Shown here: positions 40,140-51,450 of the stretch, in pieces
Position numbering within the stretch: the stretch's first letter is position 1
How the letters are laid out: each line of letters starts with the position of its first letter
Origin: Octopus sinensis
Taxonomy: Eukaryota
Assembly: GCF_006345805.1 (NCBI RefSeq)
Contig: NC_042998.1
Span: 248,001-312,000 of the forward strand
Reading direction: 5' to 3'
DNA length: 64,000 nucleotides
Notes under the pieces: generated by a model
Database searches by the model: none
The model's input: only the letters and a program-made list of their open reading frames with translations
What the model was told of the DNA's origin: nothing
Program-made: the position numbers and the translations under genes

Positions 40140-40810
40140 GATGATGATGAATATGCATTCTCATGATTGAAGAACAGGGACCGCAAACACAGCTGCCTCA
40201 CCTGTGATCACATGCTGCAGGTTCTCTTGGTTCAGTCTTTGATGTCATTGCTGTATTTACATATTTGTTGCGCACAAGAATGTTTTTCCAGCCATCCAGC
40301 CTTCAAAGATGTGGTCACAGAGTGAGCCTCAGATAATATGGCCAAAATAATGCAGTTATCGCTGTCTGATCATCATCACCTCATCCACAGCACTTGCCTG
40401 AAGCATGTCACTGCAAATGCCTTCAGTTGCTTGGTGTCTGCTACCTTTAGGGCCCATGCTCCAGATGTATATAATGCTAGTGACCAGACCAAGGTTTTTA
40501 GAAGTGTTAACTTGAAGCTTTTGCTGAAAGTGCAGTCTCTCATATTGATTGGGGTACCATAACATAGACCTCATCAGCTACACCAGCAAGATCATGCTGA
40601 GCATTCTGTTGAAGAGGATGGAACGAATCATTGAAGAACAACTCAAGGAAGTGCAAATGGTGTTTTGTGAAAGGATGGATACAAAGAAATTAGAATCCTC
40701 ATGAAGGAAGCCAGGGAATATACTGTTCCACTATACATGGCTGTATCTGATTATAACAAGGCGTTTAAATTGGTCTGGTATCCCACATTGCAGAATGTGT
40801 TACACATGAT
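40140..40810. mobile_element. Degraded RTE RT remnants
   Basis: The plus strand near 40560-40800 reads like ISxTSKIMLxIL...E..L.E.Q and DYNKAF. The adjacent minus-strand part is more decayed. Confidence 0.5.
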
Positions 40811-42435
40811 GAGGATTGAGGGTTCTGCAGTTGACTTTCTGTGGAGATTCTACAGAATCAAATTTGAATCTGTGTTAGAAATCATTATTCCCTTTATGAT
40901 TCAACAAAGAAATATTGGTTTAACCCTTTAGCATTTAAACCAGCCATATCCAGCCAAAATATTCTGCCTGATTTCTGTTCAAACAGGCCAGATCAGGCCT
41001 CTCACACCGATCCTACAATGTCATTCTGAAAAAATAAACAATAATAATCGTTGCCAGTGCCGCTGGACCGGCTCCAATGCAGGTGGCACGTAAAAAACAC
41101 CATTTGAGCGTGGCCACTGCCAGTACCACATGACTGGCCCTTGTGCCGGCGGCATGTAAAAGCACCCACTCTCGGTGTGGTTGGCGTTAGAAAGGGCATC
41201 CAGCTGTAGAAACTCTGCCAGATCAGATTGGTGCCTGGGTGCAGCCATCTGGTTCGCCAGTCCTCAATCAAATCGTCCAACCCATGCTAGCATGGAAAAC
41301 GGATGTTAAACGATGATGATGATGAATATCTCGAAGCAATGAGATAATGCATGATTAATTCAAAACAATGAGGATAAACAGGCAATACATTTGACAGAGT
41401 AATCTAAATGCTAAAGGGTGAAAGAAAAGAAACATTGCCAGGTAACCTGCGATGACTACAAAATAATGCTATATGCTAGATATATATATATATTATATAT
41501 ATATATATATATTATATATATATATATGCAAGTATGAGGGGGACAAATGTCAAGAATTTGCCTGCATTTCTCAATGAATGATGAATAAAAAACTTGTTCA
41601 GTTTAATTGGCAAATAATCATAAATGTGCACACATTACCTGTTTGATTCTAGTTCATGGGTGAGTGAATAATTAGAGCAAAGGTGAGATGAAAGAGTTAA
41701 GAACAAAACAAAAACACAAATATTTAAGATTGAAGTGAGCTAGTAAAGGTATACACATACATGTATATCATCATTATATATTACTGTATATATATATGAA
41801 AGGTGGTGAGCCAGCAGAATTGTTAACATTTGTGACATTCTTTCAGCTCTTTATGTTCTGAGTTCAAAATTCACCAAGGTCAACTTTGTCTTTCATCCTT
41901 TTGGGATTGATAAAGTGAAGTACCAGCTAAGCAGTGGAGTCAATGTAATGACTTACTCCGCCCCCACCATAAAACTGGTTGCCTTGAGCTAAAATTCTAA
42001 ACTTTTATATATATATGTTTGAATGTGCGTGTGTGTTTAGGTGTACAGACTAGAGAAAAGTACTCAATAGATGAAGTAGAGCTTATGTATGTGTTATATA
42101 TTTTCTACCCTTCTGAAGAGATTTTACCTTATATAATGATTTTAATAATTGACATTTAATAATGATTTTAATAATTGACATTTAATCTATTAGGTTTAAT
42201 TGAAACAGCTGTAAGAGACTATGCTTGATTTTTGCAGATAACAAATTTTTATTAAATGTTATATCTCCAGTTTCTTATTTTCTTTGAATGATTACAAACC
42301 TTGGTTTATATATAAACCTATTGTTTTATGAATAATTCAGTTCCATGTGACTTAATTTCACAGGCTTCTAACAGAAACCCGTGAAACTGTAAGTCACATG
42401 GAACCAAATCAAACTGTTTTAAATAATATATATAT

Positions 42436-42609
42436 ATATCACGTTGAAAGCACCGGTTCTCGTCCGATCACCGAAGTTAAGCAACATCGAGCCTAGTTAG
42501 TACTTAGATGGGTGACGGCTTGGGAAACCTAGGTGCTGTAAGCATATAATTTAATGGCGGTGCCCCAGCATGGCCACAGCTCATGAGCTGAAACTAGATG
42601 AAAAAAAAA
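42436..42609 (+). mobile_element. 5S rRNA-derived SINE-like chimera (5S about nt 11-119 plus a LINE-type tail)
   Basis: 42436-42544 is a mollusc-type 5S (atatcacgttgaaagcaccggttctcgtccgatcaccgaagttaagc...ggtgctgtaagc) missing its first ~10 nt. No TTTT terminator follows. The tail 42556-42609 matches the LINE end at 33804-33858. Confidence 0.8.
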
Positions 42610-43567
42610 TGTATGTACATATATATACATGCACATGAACATGTGGTAAAATATCATTAGTCATCTCAGCCCTTTGTATGCACACACACACACACACACA
42701 CACATGCACACACACACACACACACATGCACACACACACACACACACGCATGCACACACACAAACACTCACACACACTATAAGCTTCTGCTTAGGTTCTG
42801 TGTATTAAATTCTATTCATAAAGCATTGGTCAACTGAAGACTACAGCCAGGCACAAGCAACCTTTGGTGAAGGAGCCATGCAACGGGCTAAAACTTGGAA
42901 GAAAGTAGTCAGGAATCGAACTTTTTAATCACACAGTCATGACTGCAAGAAAAGCTTAAATTTATTAAGTAAATTAATTAAGTTAATTCATAGAAACTAT
43001 TAGAATTTTCAGAACAATACAAACTCTATAATCAGATCAATCAATCGATATTTATTTGAGTATCGAAGCCAAATACAGTAATAACACCCCCGACCCCCAC
43101 CCACATGCAACATAACAAAATCCTATGATGTTGCTTTTGATAAGTCTATATTCAGCAATATGTAACAACTCTTTACATTTTTTACCCTTTGGAGCTGATC
43201 AGATTTATAACGAAATACATCATGATTTTACTGTGCCTTCAAACAAGGAAGACAACTTTGTGTTTGCCTCAGTCTACCACCCTTCTTCATAGTTGAGTAG
43301 TTCAGAAGAATTTCAAAGACCGTCCAGCATTGAAAATATTTTACTTCAACAGTTTGAACATGTTTGAAAAGAAAAAAAGAAATCACAGTCATGCATAGAA
43401 AAAAATATGTACATGAAATTGTAATGAATAATGGAGAAAGAAATTTATTCCTGAAGTTTCATGGCAATGTTAATAAATAAATAAATAAATACACAGAAAG
43501 TTGATAATAAATGGGAATCTTATTATTTCTAAGTCTCTCTAAAGGAAACTACGGCAGTGGTACTGGA

Positions 43568-43892
43568 TATTAATAGTTATCGCCAAGCTAATATGGCAGT
43601 CCAGAAATATAGGATGAATGCTGCCATTGATTAGCTCCAAGAGGCCATCACCACTAGCTAGCTATGTGACACACAAACTCTGCATTGATAAGGGGCAAAT
43701 ACCCTGAAACTAGTCTGCAGATGCCTGATCAGCAAAGGAAAGTGGCTGACCTCCCCTGTTCGAAGGTTATAATGGACACAGGTTCGTGTGTCACATAGCT
43801 AGCTAGAGGTGATGGCCTCCCGGAGCTAATCAATGGCAGCATTCATCCTACATTTCTGGACTGCCATATTAGCTTGGAAATAACTATTAATA
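43568..43892. repeat. Inverted repeat, 112-bp arms, 101-bp spacer
   Basis: 43568-43679 versus 43781-43892, fewer than 10 mismatches by eye. Confidence 0.95.
43679..43721 (+). ncRNA. Minimal type-I hammerhead ribozyme motif, degenerate, in the loop of an inverted repeat
   Basis: Stem I tctgca/tgcaga, core TTGATAA (two transitions from CTGATGA), stem II gggg-caaata-ccct, GAAAC-TA-GTC (palindromic ACTAGT). Confidence 0.65.
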
Positions 43893-43906
43893 TGATAATA
43901 AATGGT

Positions 43907-44134
43907 TTAACCCGTTAGTATTTAAACTGGCCATATCTGGCCCAATTATTCTACATGCTTTATGTTCAAATTGACCAGATCAGGCTTATCACACCTGCCT
44001 TACAGTGTTATTTTTAAAATAACCAACCAAATCATCGAAATCTTGAAGCTACAAGATAATGTCTGAGTAATTCAAAACAATATGAATAGATAAGCATTAG
44101 ATTTTACAGAGAAATCTGAATGATAAAGGGTTAA
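43907..44134. mobile_element. piggyBac-like MITE (~225 bp); other copies at 616-826, 18812-19031, 40920-41420 and 62774-63265
   Basis: TTAA|CCC...GGG|TTAA ends and a shared interior (taaaccggccatatc...gcattacatttgacagagtaatctgaatgctaaagggttaa). Confidence 0.8.
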
Positions 44135-44604
44135 AATATATCTCAAATGTGAGCAGAAATGTCACGTATTGCATAAACATTATTTCTTAGTTTCGGAAAG
44201 CACATTTTGCACGAATGGTGCCAAGTACTAGCTTCTCTTTCCAATGACCCTTTCACCTTCATATTGTCCTGATTGTTGTCATCATCCTCCTACTCATCAT
44301 TTATGTCTGTTGGTCATGCTGGCATTGACTGGAAGGGTCTGCTTACCTAGAGTGGTTGAGAGTATTTCATTTTATTTGTATTATATTTTGGTTTGGTGTC
44401 TGCAGGTTGAAACTACTCACTTTGAAGAGTGTACTGGGTGCTTTTCCATCCCACTAATACTAGAGAGGTGTCATATCTTTAACAAAACTAAAGCGACCCC
44501 CCTTCACAACTTCACACTTAACAGAGGATGTTAAGTGTTTTTTTGGGGGTGACATCAGCACTAGAGAGCTAACCATGTTTTTATAGTTCTATCTAGTTAT
44601 ATCA

Positions 44605-45944
44605 GAAAGCCGGTGTTAAGTGACCCATCCGTTCGTGTCCACTGCCAGCCTCGTCTGGCACCCGTGTCAGTGATACGTAAAAGCACCATTCGCTCGTGGC
44701 CGTTTGCCAGCTCTGTCTGGCCCCCGTGTCGGTGGCACGTAAAAGCACCATCCGTTTGTGTTCGTTGCCAGCCTCGTCTGGCACCCGTGTCAGTGATACG
44801 TAAAAGCACCATTCGCTCGTGGCCGTTTGCCAGCTCTGTCTGGCCCCCGTGTCGGTGGCACGTAAAAGCACCATCCGTTTGTGTTCGTTGCCAGCCTCGT
44901 CTGGCACCCGTGTCAGTGATACGTAAAAGCACCATTCGCTCGTGGCCGTTTGCCAGCTCTGTCTGGCCCCCGTGTTGGTGGCACGTAAAAGCACCATCCG
45001 TTCGTGTTCGTTGCCAGCCTCGTCTGGCACCCGTGTCAGTGATACGTAAAAGCACCATTCGCTCGTGGCCGTTTGCCAGCTCTGTCTGGCCCCCGTGTCG
45101 GTGGCACGTAAAAGCACCATCCGTTCGTGTTCGTTGCCAGCCTCGCCTGGCCCCGTGCCGGTGACACGTAAAAGCACTGTCCATTCATGGCCGTTTGCCA
45201 GCTCTGTCTAGCCCCGTGTTGGTGGCACGTAAAAGCACCATCCGTTTGTGTTCGTTGCCAGCCTCGTCTGGCACCCGTGTCAGTGATACGTAAAAGCACC
45301 ATTCGCTCGTGGCCGTTTGCCAGCTCTGTCTGGCCCCCGTGTCGGTGGCACGTAAAAGCACCATCCGTTCGTGTTCGTTGCCAGCCTCAGCCCCCCGTGT
45401 CGGTGCACGTAAAAGCACCATCCGTTCGTGGCCGTTTGCCTCTGTCTGGCCCCCTGTCGGTGGCACGTAAAAGCACCATCCGTTCGTGTTCGTTCCAGCT
45501 CGCCTGGCCCCGTGCCGTGCACGTAAAAGCACTGTCCATGGCCGTTTGCCGCTCTGTCTGGCCCCGTGTCGGTGGCACGTAAAAGCACCATCCGTTCGTG
45601 GCCGTTTGCCAGCTCTGTCTGGCCCCCGTGTCGGTGGCACGTAAAAGCACCATCCGTTCGTGGCCGTTTGCCAGCTCTGTCTGGCCCCGTGCCGGTGACA
45701 CGTAAAAGCACCATCCGTTTGTGGCCGTTTGCCAGCTCTGTCTGGCACCTGTGCAGGTGGCACGTAAAAAACACCCACTACACTCGCGGAGTGGTTGGCG
45801 TTAGGAAGGGCATCCAGCCGTAGAAACACTGCCAGATCTGACTGGGCCTGACGAAGCCTTCCAGCTTCACAGACCTCAGTTGACCCATCCAACCCATGCT
45901 AGCATGGAAAGCGGACGCTAAATGATGATGATGATGATGATGAT
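44605..45944 (+). mobile_element. RTE 3'-UTR-only copy with an expanded 61/62-bp minisatellite
   Basis: Ends in the family terminus gttggcgttaggaagggcatccagccgtagaaac...gcggacgctaaa(tga)n. About 19 monomers lie upstream. Confidence 0.85.
44625..45770. repeat. GC-rich minisatellite: 61-bp and 62-bp monomers forming a 123-bp dimer
   Basis: tccgtttgtg recurs at 44751 and 44874 (period 123). The translated ORFs repeat every 41 aa. Confidence 0.95.
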
Positions 45945-45950
45945 AATTAA

Positions 45951-46097
45951 GAGATGAGGAATTATTTACATTATTTACATTTGATGGATATTTGTCCCCA
46001 TCTTGCTTGTTGTTAACGGCTGATATATCCTCCAGCCTTCTTCAGGTGTCTTGGGGAAATTTCGAACCTGGGTTCTCATTCCTAAGGTATTTTTCGA

Positions 46098-46131
<34 letters not shown>

Positions 46132-46200
46132 GTTATTGTTCAGGTCACTGCTTGGAATCGAACTTGGAATCTTGGGGTTAGTAGCCTGTGATCTTAACCC
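45951..46200 (-). mobile_element. tRNA-head / (TAA)n / hammerhead-like-tail SINE, left arm of a fold-back
   Basis: The minus strand reads ggttaagatcacaggctactaaccccaagattccaagttcgattcc (anticodon arm plus B box), then (aat)n, then acacCTGAAGAaggctg-loop-cagccG. Confidence 0.7.
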
Positions 46201-46238
46201 CAAGATTCCGAGTTTAATTCCAAGCAATGACCTGAACA

Positions 46239-46287
<49 letters not shown>

Positions 46288-46307
46288 TAATAATAATAAT
46301 AATAATA

Positions 46308-46361
<54 letters not shown>

Positions 46362-49322
46362 GTATGCTAGGGCAATTGAAACCAGCTGTATGCCTCCGAA
46401 AAAACAAAGAAAACCAAACCTGGGAAGAAATCAAACCTGGAGAAGTAAAATTGAAAAAGAGATTGAATTTATGAGAGGGGAAATATCAATATTAAATGAA
46501 CTAATATGTGGAAATGATGTAAGATCCAGAACAGGAAAAAAGATGAAGAGAAAATTTGGATCCTCACCAAGAGAAGAACTGATATCAATAAAAGAAACGC
46601 TGAAACAAAAAGTCCAAGCAAAAGCCCAAAGAATACGAAGATTTGAGAAGAGAAACAAGTTTTACAAGCAAAATAAGCTGTTCACATCCAGTGCCAAAAA
46701 ATTCTACAGAGAAATAGGGAAGGAGAAAGTAACCGTTAAAGTAACCATGGAAGAAGTTCAAAACTTTTGGAAAAGGATTTGGAGTGACAAGAAGACGTAC
46801 AACATAAATGCAGACTGGATTATACAAACTGAAGGATCCTACCAAAATTTACAACAACAAGCATGGGAAGACATCACAATAGCAGACCTAAGAAAGGCAC
46901 TCACGAAGGCCCATAATTGGAAATCCCCCGGTAAAGATAGGGTGCCGAATTTCTGGCTCGCATCGCTCCCATGCGCATACGGTGAGCTAGTTCAGCTGCT
47001 CAATGGAATTATGAGAGACCCAAAGAAAACACCTGAATGGTTAGCAAGTGGTATTACTTACCTACTCCCAAAGAATAACGAAACCAACCTTCCAAAAAAC
47101 TATCGGCCTATAACCTGTCTATCCACCACATATAAAATCCTAACATCTATCCTGGCAGAGAAAACATACGCATTCATGGAGAAGAATGATATTTTCCCCA
47201 TTGAACAAAAAGGGTGCCGCCGAGGCTCATACGGATGCAAAGATCAACTGCTAATTAATCGTATGATCCTTGAGAACTGTCACAACAAGCGCAGAAATCT
47301 CAGCTCCGCATGAATTGACTATAAAATGGCCTTCGACAGTATACCGCATCCATGGATCTTGAGATCGCTGGACATCTTCAAAATTTCCCCTGTGATTTCA
47401 AACTTCCTGAAGCACAATATGTCGTTGTGGAATACGAATCTCCAATTATACCACTCTAATGGAGTACTTGCCTCAGAAAATATAAACATCAACTGTGGAA
47501 TTTATCACGGTAACTCACTTTCACCTTTAATATTCTGCATAGCCCTAATACCCCTTACAAGTGAATTAAACAGAACAGGGTATGGGTATAAAATTGCCAA
47601 TAAAAAAATAAGCCATCTATTTTATATGGATGACTTAAAACTTTATGGTAAAGACAATAATGAACTTGAAGGCCTATTGCGCACTGTGAAAGCATTCAGC
47701 GATGACATCGGGATGGAGTTTGGACTTGAAAAGTGTGCCAAGGCCACTTTCCAGAAAGGGAAAGTGAAGACCACAAATTCAGTCGTGTTAGATGTTGACA
47801 CAGTCATAAGAGAGCTTGAGCAAGAACAAACTTACAAATATTTAGGGATAAATGAAGGCTCTGGTATTCAGCATGCAAGCATGAAATGGAAGATCAGGAA
47901 GGAATGTTATAGGAGAGTTCGTGCAGTCCTGAAATCTGAACTAAATGCACGTAACAAGGTGTTAGCTATAAATTCCTTAGCAGTTCCAGTTGTTACTTAT
48001 AGCTACAATGTGTTGAACTGAAATATGAGTGAAGTAAAGAATATAGATAGGAAAATACGCAAGCTGCTGAGTTGTAATAGGATGCACCACCCAAAGGCAG
48101 ACGTAGATCGCCTTTACCTTCCCAGAGCCCAAGGAGGTCGAGGCCTGATCCAATTTGAATTAGCTTACAAAACAACCACAATTGGACTGGCCAAATATCT
48201 CGAAATAACAAATGACTGGATGCTAAAGCTCATGGAAAATCACGAGAGATGAAAGAAGCTTCATTCTATCATAAAGGAAAGCAAAAAATTTGCTATTGAT
48301 CTCGTGCAGGATACCCAAACTGAACAACCCGAGGGAAGTACAGCAACTATTGTTGCAAAGAAGGTGAAAATAATGGCAACGAAAAAAGCGCACGAGCAAT
48401 TGGCTGATAGGTGGGAGGAGAAACCTCTGCACGGCAAATATGTGTCCCGCAGCAAACAAGCTGATGTTGACCAGAAGCAAACCCATCAGTGGCTACGGAG
48501 CTCAGGGCTAAAAGCAGAGAGTGAAGGTTTCATCCTGGCTGCTCAAGATCAAAGCCTATTAACCCGGAACTACCAGGCCAATGTGATGAAAAATGGAGCA
48601 GACCCAAAATGCCGATTCTGCAACGACATGATTGAAACAGTGGACCACCTAATCTCTGGATGTAAAGTTTTAGCACCAGTGGAGTATAAATTAAGACATG
48701 ACAGAGTTGGCCAATATCTACACTGGCTAATAAGTCGGCATTACAATATCAAAACTGCCGACAAGTGGTATAATCACCACCCTGAGGCTGTAACTGAAGG
48801 AGAAAATGTAACCATTCTGTGGGACTTTCCAGTACATACAGACCGAACCATCAAGGCCAATAAACCAGATATTGTTGTGAAAGACCAAAACAATAAAGTT
48901 TGCTTATTGATCGACATGAGCATCCCTTGTGATTATAATATCTCAGTGAAAGAGTTTGACAAGCTCAGAAAGTATAAAGACCTACACATTGAAATTGAGA
49001 AAATGTGGCATCTCAAGGCGGTTACAATACCAGTGATCGTAGGAGCACTAGGAATGATCAAGAAGGGAACCGAAAATTATATGAGAATGATCCCTGGCTT
49101 ACCATCCCTGCAAGAAGTGCAAAAGATTGTCTTAACTGGTACATCACACGTATTGAGAAGAGCATTGTCGATGTATTTTAATTTAACTTAAAAAAAAAAA
49201 AATGAACGAACTAGTGAGTTTAGTGTAATGGACTACCAATGTATACTATGAGTTTCTCTGCCCTAGGAGTCGGGAAGACACTCGGCAAGAAATGGAAGCA
49301 AATTTGAAAGAAGAAAAAAAAG
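46362..49322 (+). mobile_element. R4/Dong-type non-LTR retrotransposon (RT + CCHC knuckle + restriction-like endonuclease), 5'-truncated, pseudogenised
   Basis: ORFs 46390..47313, 47326..48021, 48025..48252 and 48304..49191 are all in one frame, separated by three TGA stops. Motifs: NYRPITCL, YMDDLKLY, CRFC...H...C, KPDIVV...D...K..KY. (TAA)n on both sides. Confidence 0.9.
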
Positions 49323-49359
<37 letters not shown>

Positions 49360-49551
49360 TAATAATAATAATAATAACAACAATAATAATAATAATAATA
49401 ACATCGAAAAATACCTTAGGAATGAGAAGCCAGGTTTGAAATTTCCCCAAGACACCCGATGAAGACTGGAGGGTATATCAGCCAAAATGTGTTAACAACA
49501 ACAAACAAGATGAGGACAAATATCCGTCGAATGTGAATAATGTAAATAATG
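49323..49551 (+). mobile_element. Distal half of the right-arm SINE copy (proximal half 46194-46361), split by the Dong element
   Basis: (aat)n-acatcgaaaaataccttaggaatgag...acacCCGATGAagactg-loop-cagccAAAA...gtaaataat is the reverse complement of 45960-46110. Confidence 0.75.
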
Positions 49552-51254
49552 TAAGCATGTTTTTGTCATGACTAAAAGAACCTCACATCTCTACATCTCT
49601 GCTGTCTTGCTTGCCTCTTTACAGCATGAAAAACTTGAGTGACAGAAGAGTAAATGATAGTGATGAGAGAGATATGGGATAAGTGATGGACTGATGAGAG
49701 AATTCAGTATTTTGAGAGAGGTACATGTATACAAGGCAACATGACTGAGATGGCAGGGAGGTGACAGAAGCCTATGTGACCCAGGAGACAGAGTGATGAC
49801 GGAGATCCAGGATGTGTGAAAGGAAAGAAATACAAGTATGCTGGTAGAGAGATTGACATGAGACCGGGGTCAGGCTGTACAGGAGGGCAGGGTGAAAGTA
49901 GAGTGAGCTGTAAATGAGGGGTCTGATGTAGCCACCTATATACAGGAAATAAGATGGGCTGGAGTGATGAGGGTGGTGGCACAGTGAATGAAAAGGAAAT
50001 GGATCCTGTACCGGTGAGTTGCACAAAAGAGGAATGGAGAGAGGGTCAAAATAGGTGCAGTGAGATCCTATCTAGAATGTATTGCAAACAAAAGAAATCC
50101 AATGGCATCCTCAGTTATATAGGAACATAGAGCAGTAAGAGTTGGGTTTTTTTACCATCCCTAACATTGATTAAACAATTGTTATTTGCAGGAGTGGCTG
50201 TGTGGTAAGTAGTATTGCTTACCAACCACATAGTTCCAGGTTCATTCCCACTGTGTGGCATCTTGGGCAAGTGTCTTTTACTATAGCCTCAGGCCAACCA
50301 AAGCCTTGTGAGTGGATTTGGTAGACGGAAATTGAAAGAAGCCTGTCGTATATATGTATATATATATATATATGCATGTGCTTATATCTGTGTCTATCCC
50401 CCCAACATCGCTTGACAACCGATGCTGGTGTGTTTACGTCCCCGTAACTTAGCGGTTTGGCAAAAGAGACTGATAGAATAAGTAGTAGGCTTACAAAGAA
50501 TAAGTCCTGGGGTTGATTTGCTTGACTAAAGGCGGTGCTCCAGCATGGCCACAGTCAAATGACTGAAACAAGTAAAAGAGTAAAGTGTGTATACACCGAG
50601 ATCTGAAATGATGGTTTGCATATTTATTCTTAATACTTTCAAGGAGATTCAAATGCAAATATGCTAGTTGCTGTTGTGTATGTCACAGGAGAACTTCTCT
50701 CTTTTACGATGACTGTTTTTATAACATACTTGGCTCATTGGCACAAAAGATTCTGTTTCGATGTATCTCATCAGCCAGAAGCACTTGAAACTTTACATGA
50801 ACTCGTCCCAGAAGTTTCTGCTTCACATTAAAACTGATCGATCACATCAAAACTGATTGATCGCATCAAAACTTTTTGATTGCATTAGAACTGATTGATT
50901 AGTGTTTTATATGTAATAGTCTTCTGATTAATTTCATTAATGCTGTATGTTAAGGCAATGAGTACAAAAAGAAGACAACACAGGAGAGACAGATTTTAAC
51001 ACATGCTGTATTAGTTTAACGCTTAAAAAGAAGGGAAATGTTTTAGTTAGCCAGTGTTTCATGAATATTAAGCTAGTGGAATACACCATTGCTTGCCTCT
51101 ATCTTAAGTTCTGTTTAAGAATCATTATTAATTGATGAAATAAAAGTTTTCACGGAGATGTACTTGCATAGCAAGTGACCTGATCTGAGATCATGTGCTG
51201 GAACGAAAACAATTGCAGCGTGAAAGGTGTTTATAAGCCATTTAAGAAACACAC

Positions 51255-51450
51255 AAAAACCGTTAGATTCACTTCAACATTTAAATTTAATTTGTCAAAA
51301 TATTTTCATCGCTTTGAGACTGCAACCTGTTCACTGACAAAATTCTGAGATGCAGCACGGAATTTTGTCAGTGAACAGGTTGTGGTCTCAAAGCGACGAA
51401 AATATTTTGACAAATTAAACTTAAATGTTGAAGTGAATCTAACGGTTTTT
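51255..51450. repeat. Inverted repeat, 91-bp arms, 14-bp spacer
   Basis: 51255-51345 versus 51360-51450, about 4 mismatches by eye. Confidence 0.95.

Noticed and set aside
42436-42544. Functional 5S rRNA gene
   Set aside because: It lacks the first ~10 nt, has no terminator, carries several substitutions, is solitary and is fused to a LINE tail.
44421-44453. Candidate upstream NELL exon WDGKAPSTLFK with a GTGAGT donor
   Set aside because: It ends in FK in phase 0 as expected, but lacks the WLGQR motif, has a weak acceptor and is only 33 nt. Not callable without RNA data.
44597-45892. Long Cys/His/Trp-rich ORFs on both strands, and a superficially CRISPR-like repeat array
   Set aside because: The ORFs follow from a stop-free 123-bp unit. 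There are no unique spacers and no cas genes, and the array is embedded in a LINE 3' UTR.
50755-50774. Perfect CTGATGA-gatacatc-GAAAC on the minus strand
   Set aside because: No stem III, NUH triplet or stem I partner can be drawn. A match like this is plausible by chance in 128 kb of searched sequence.
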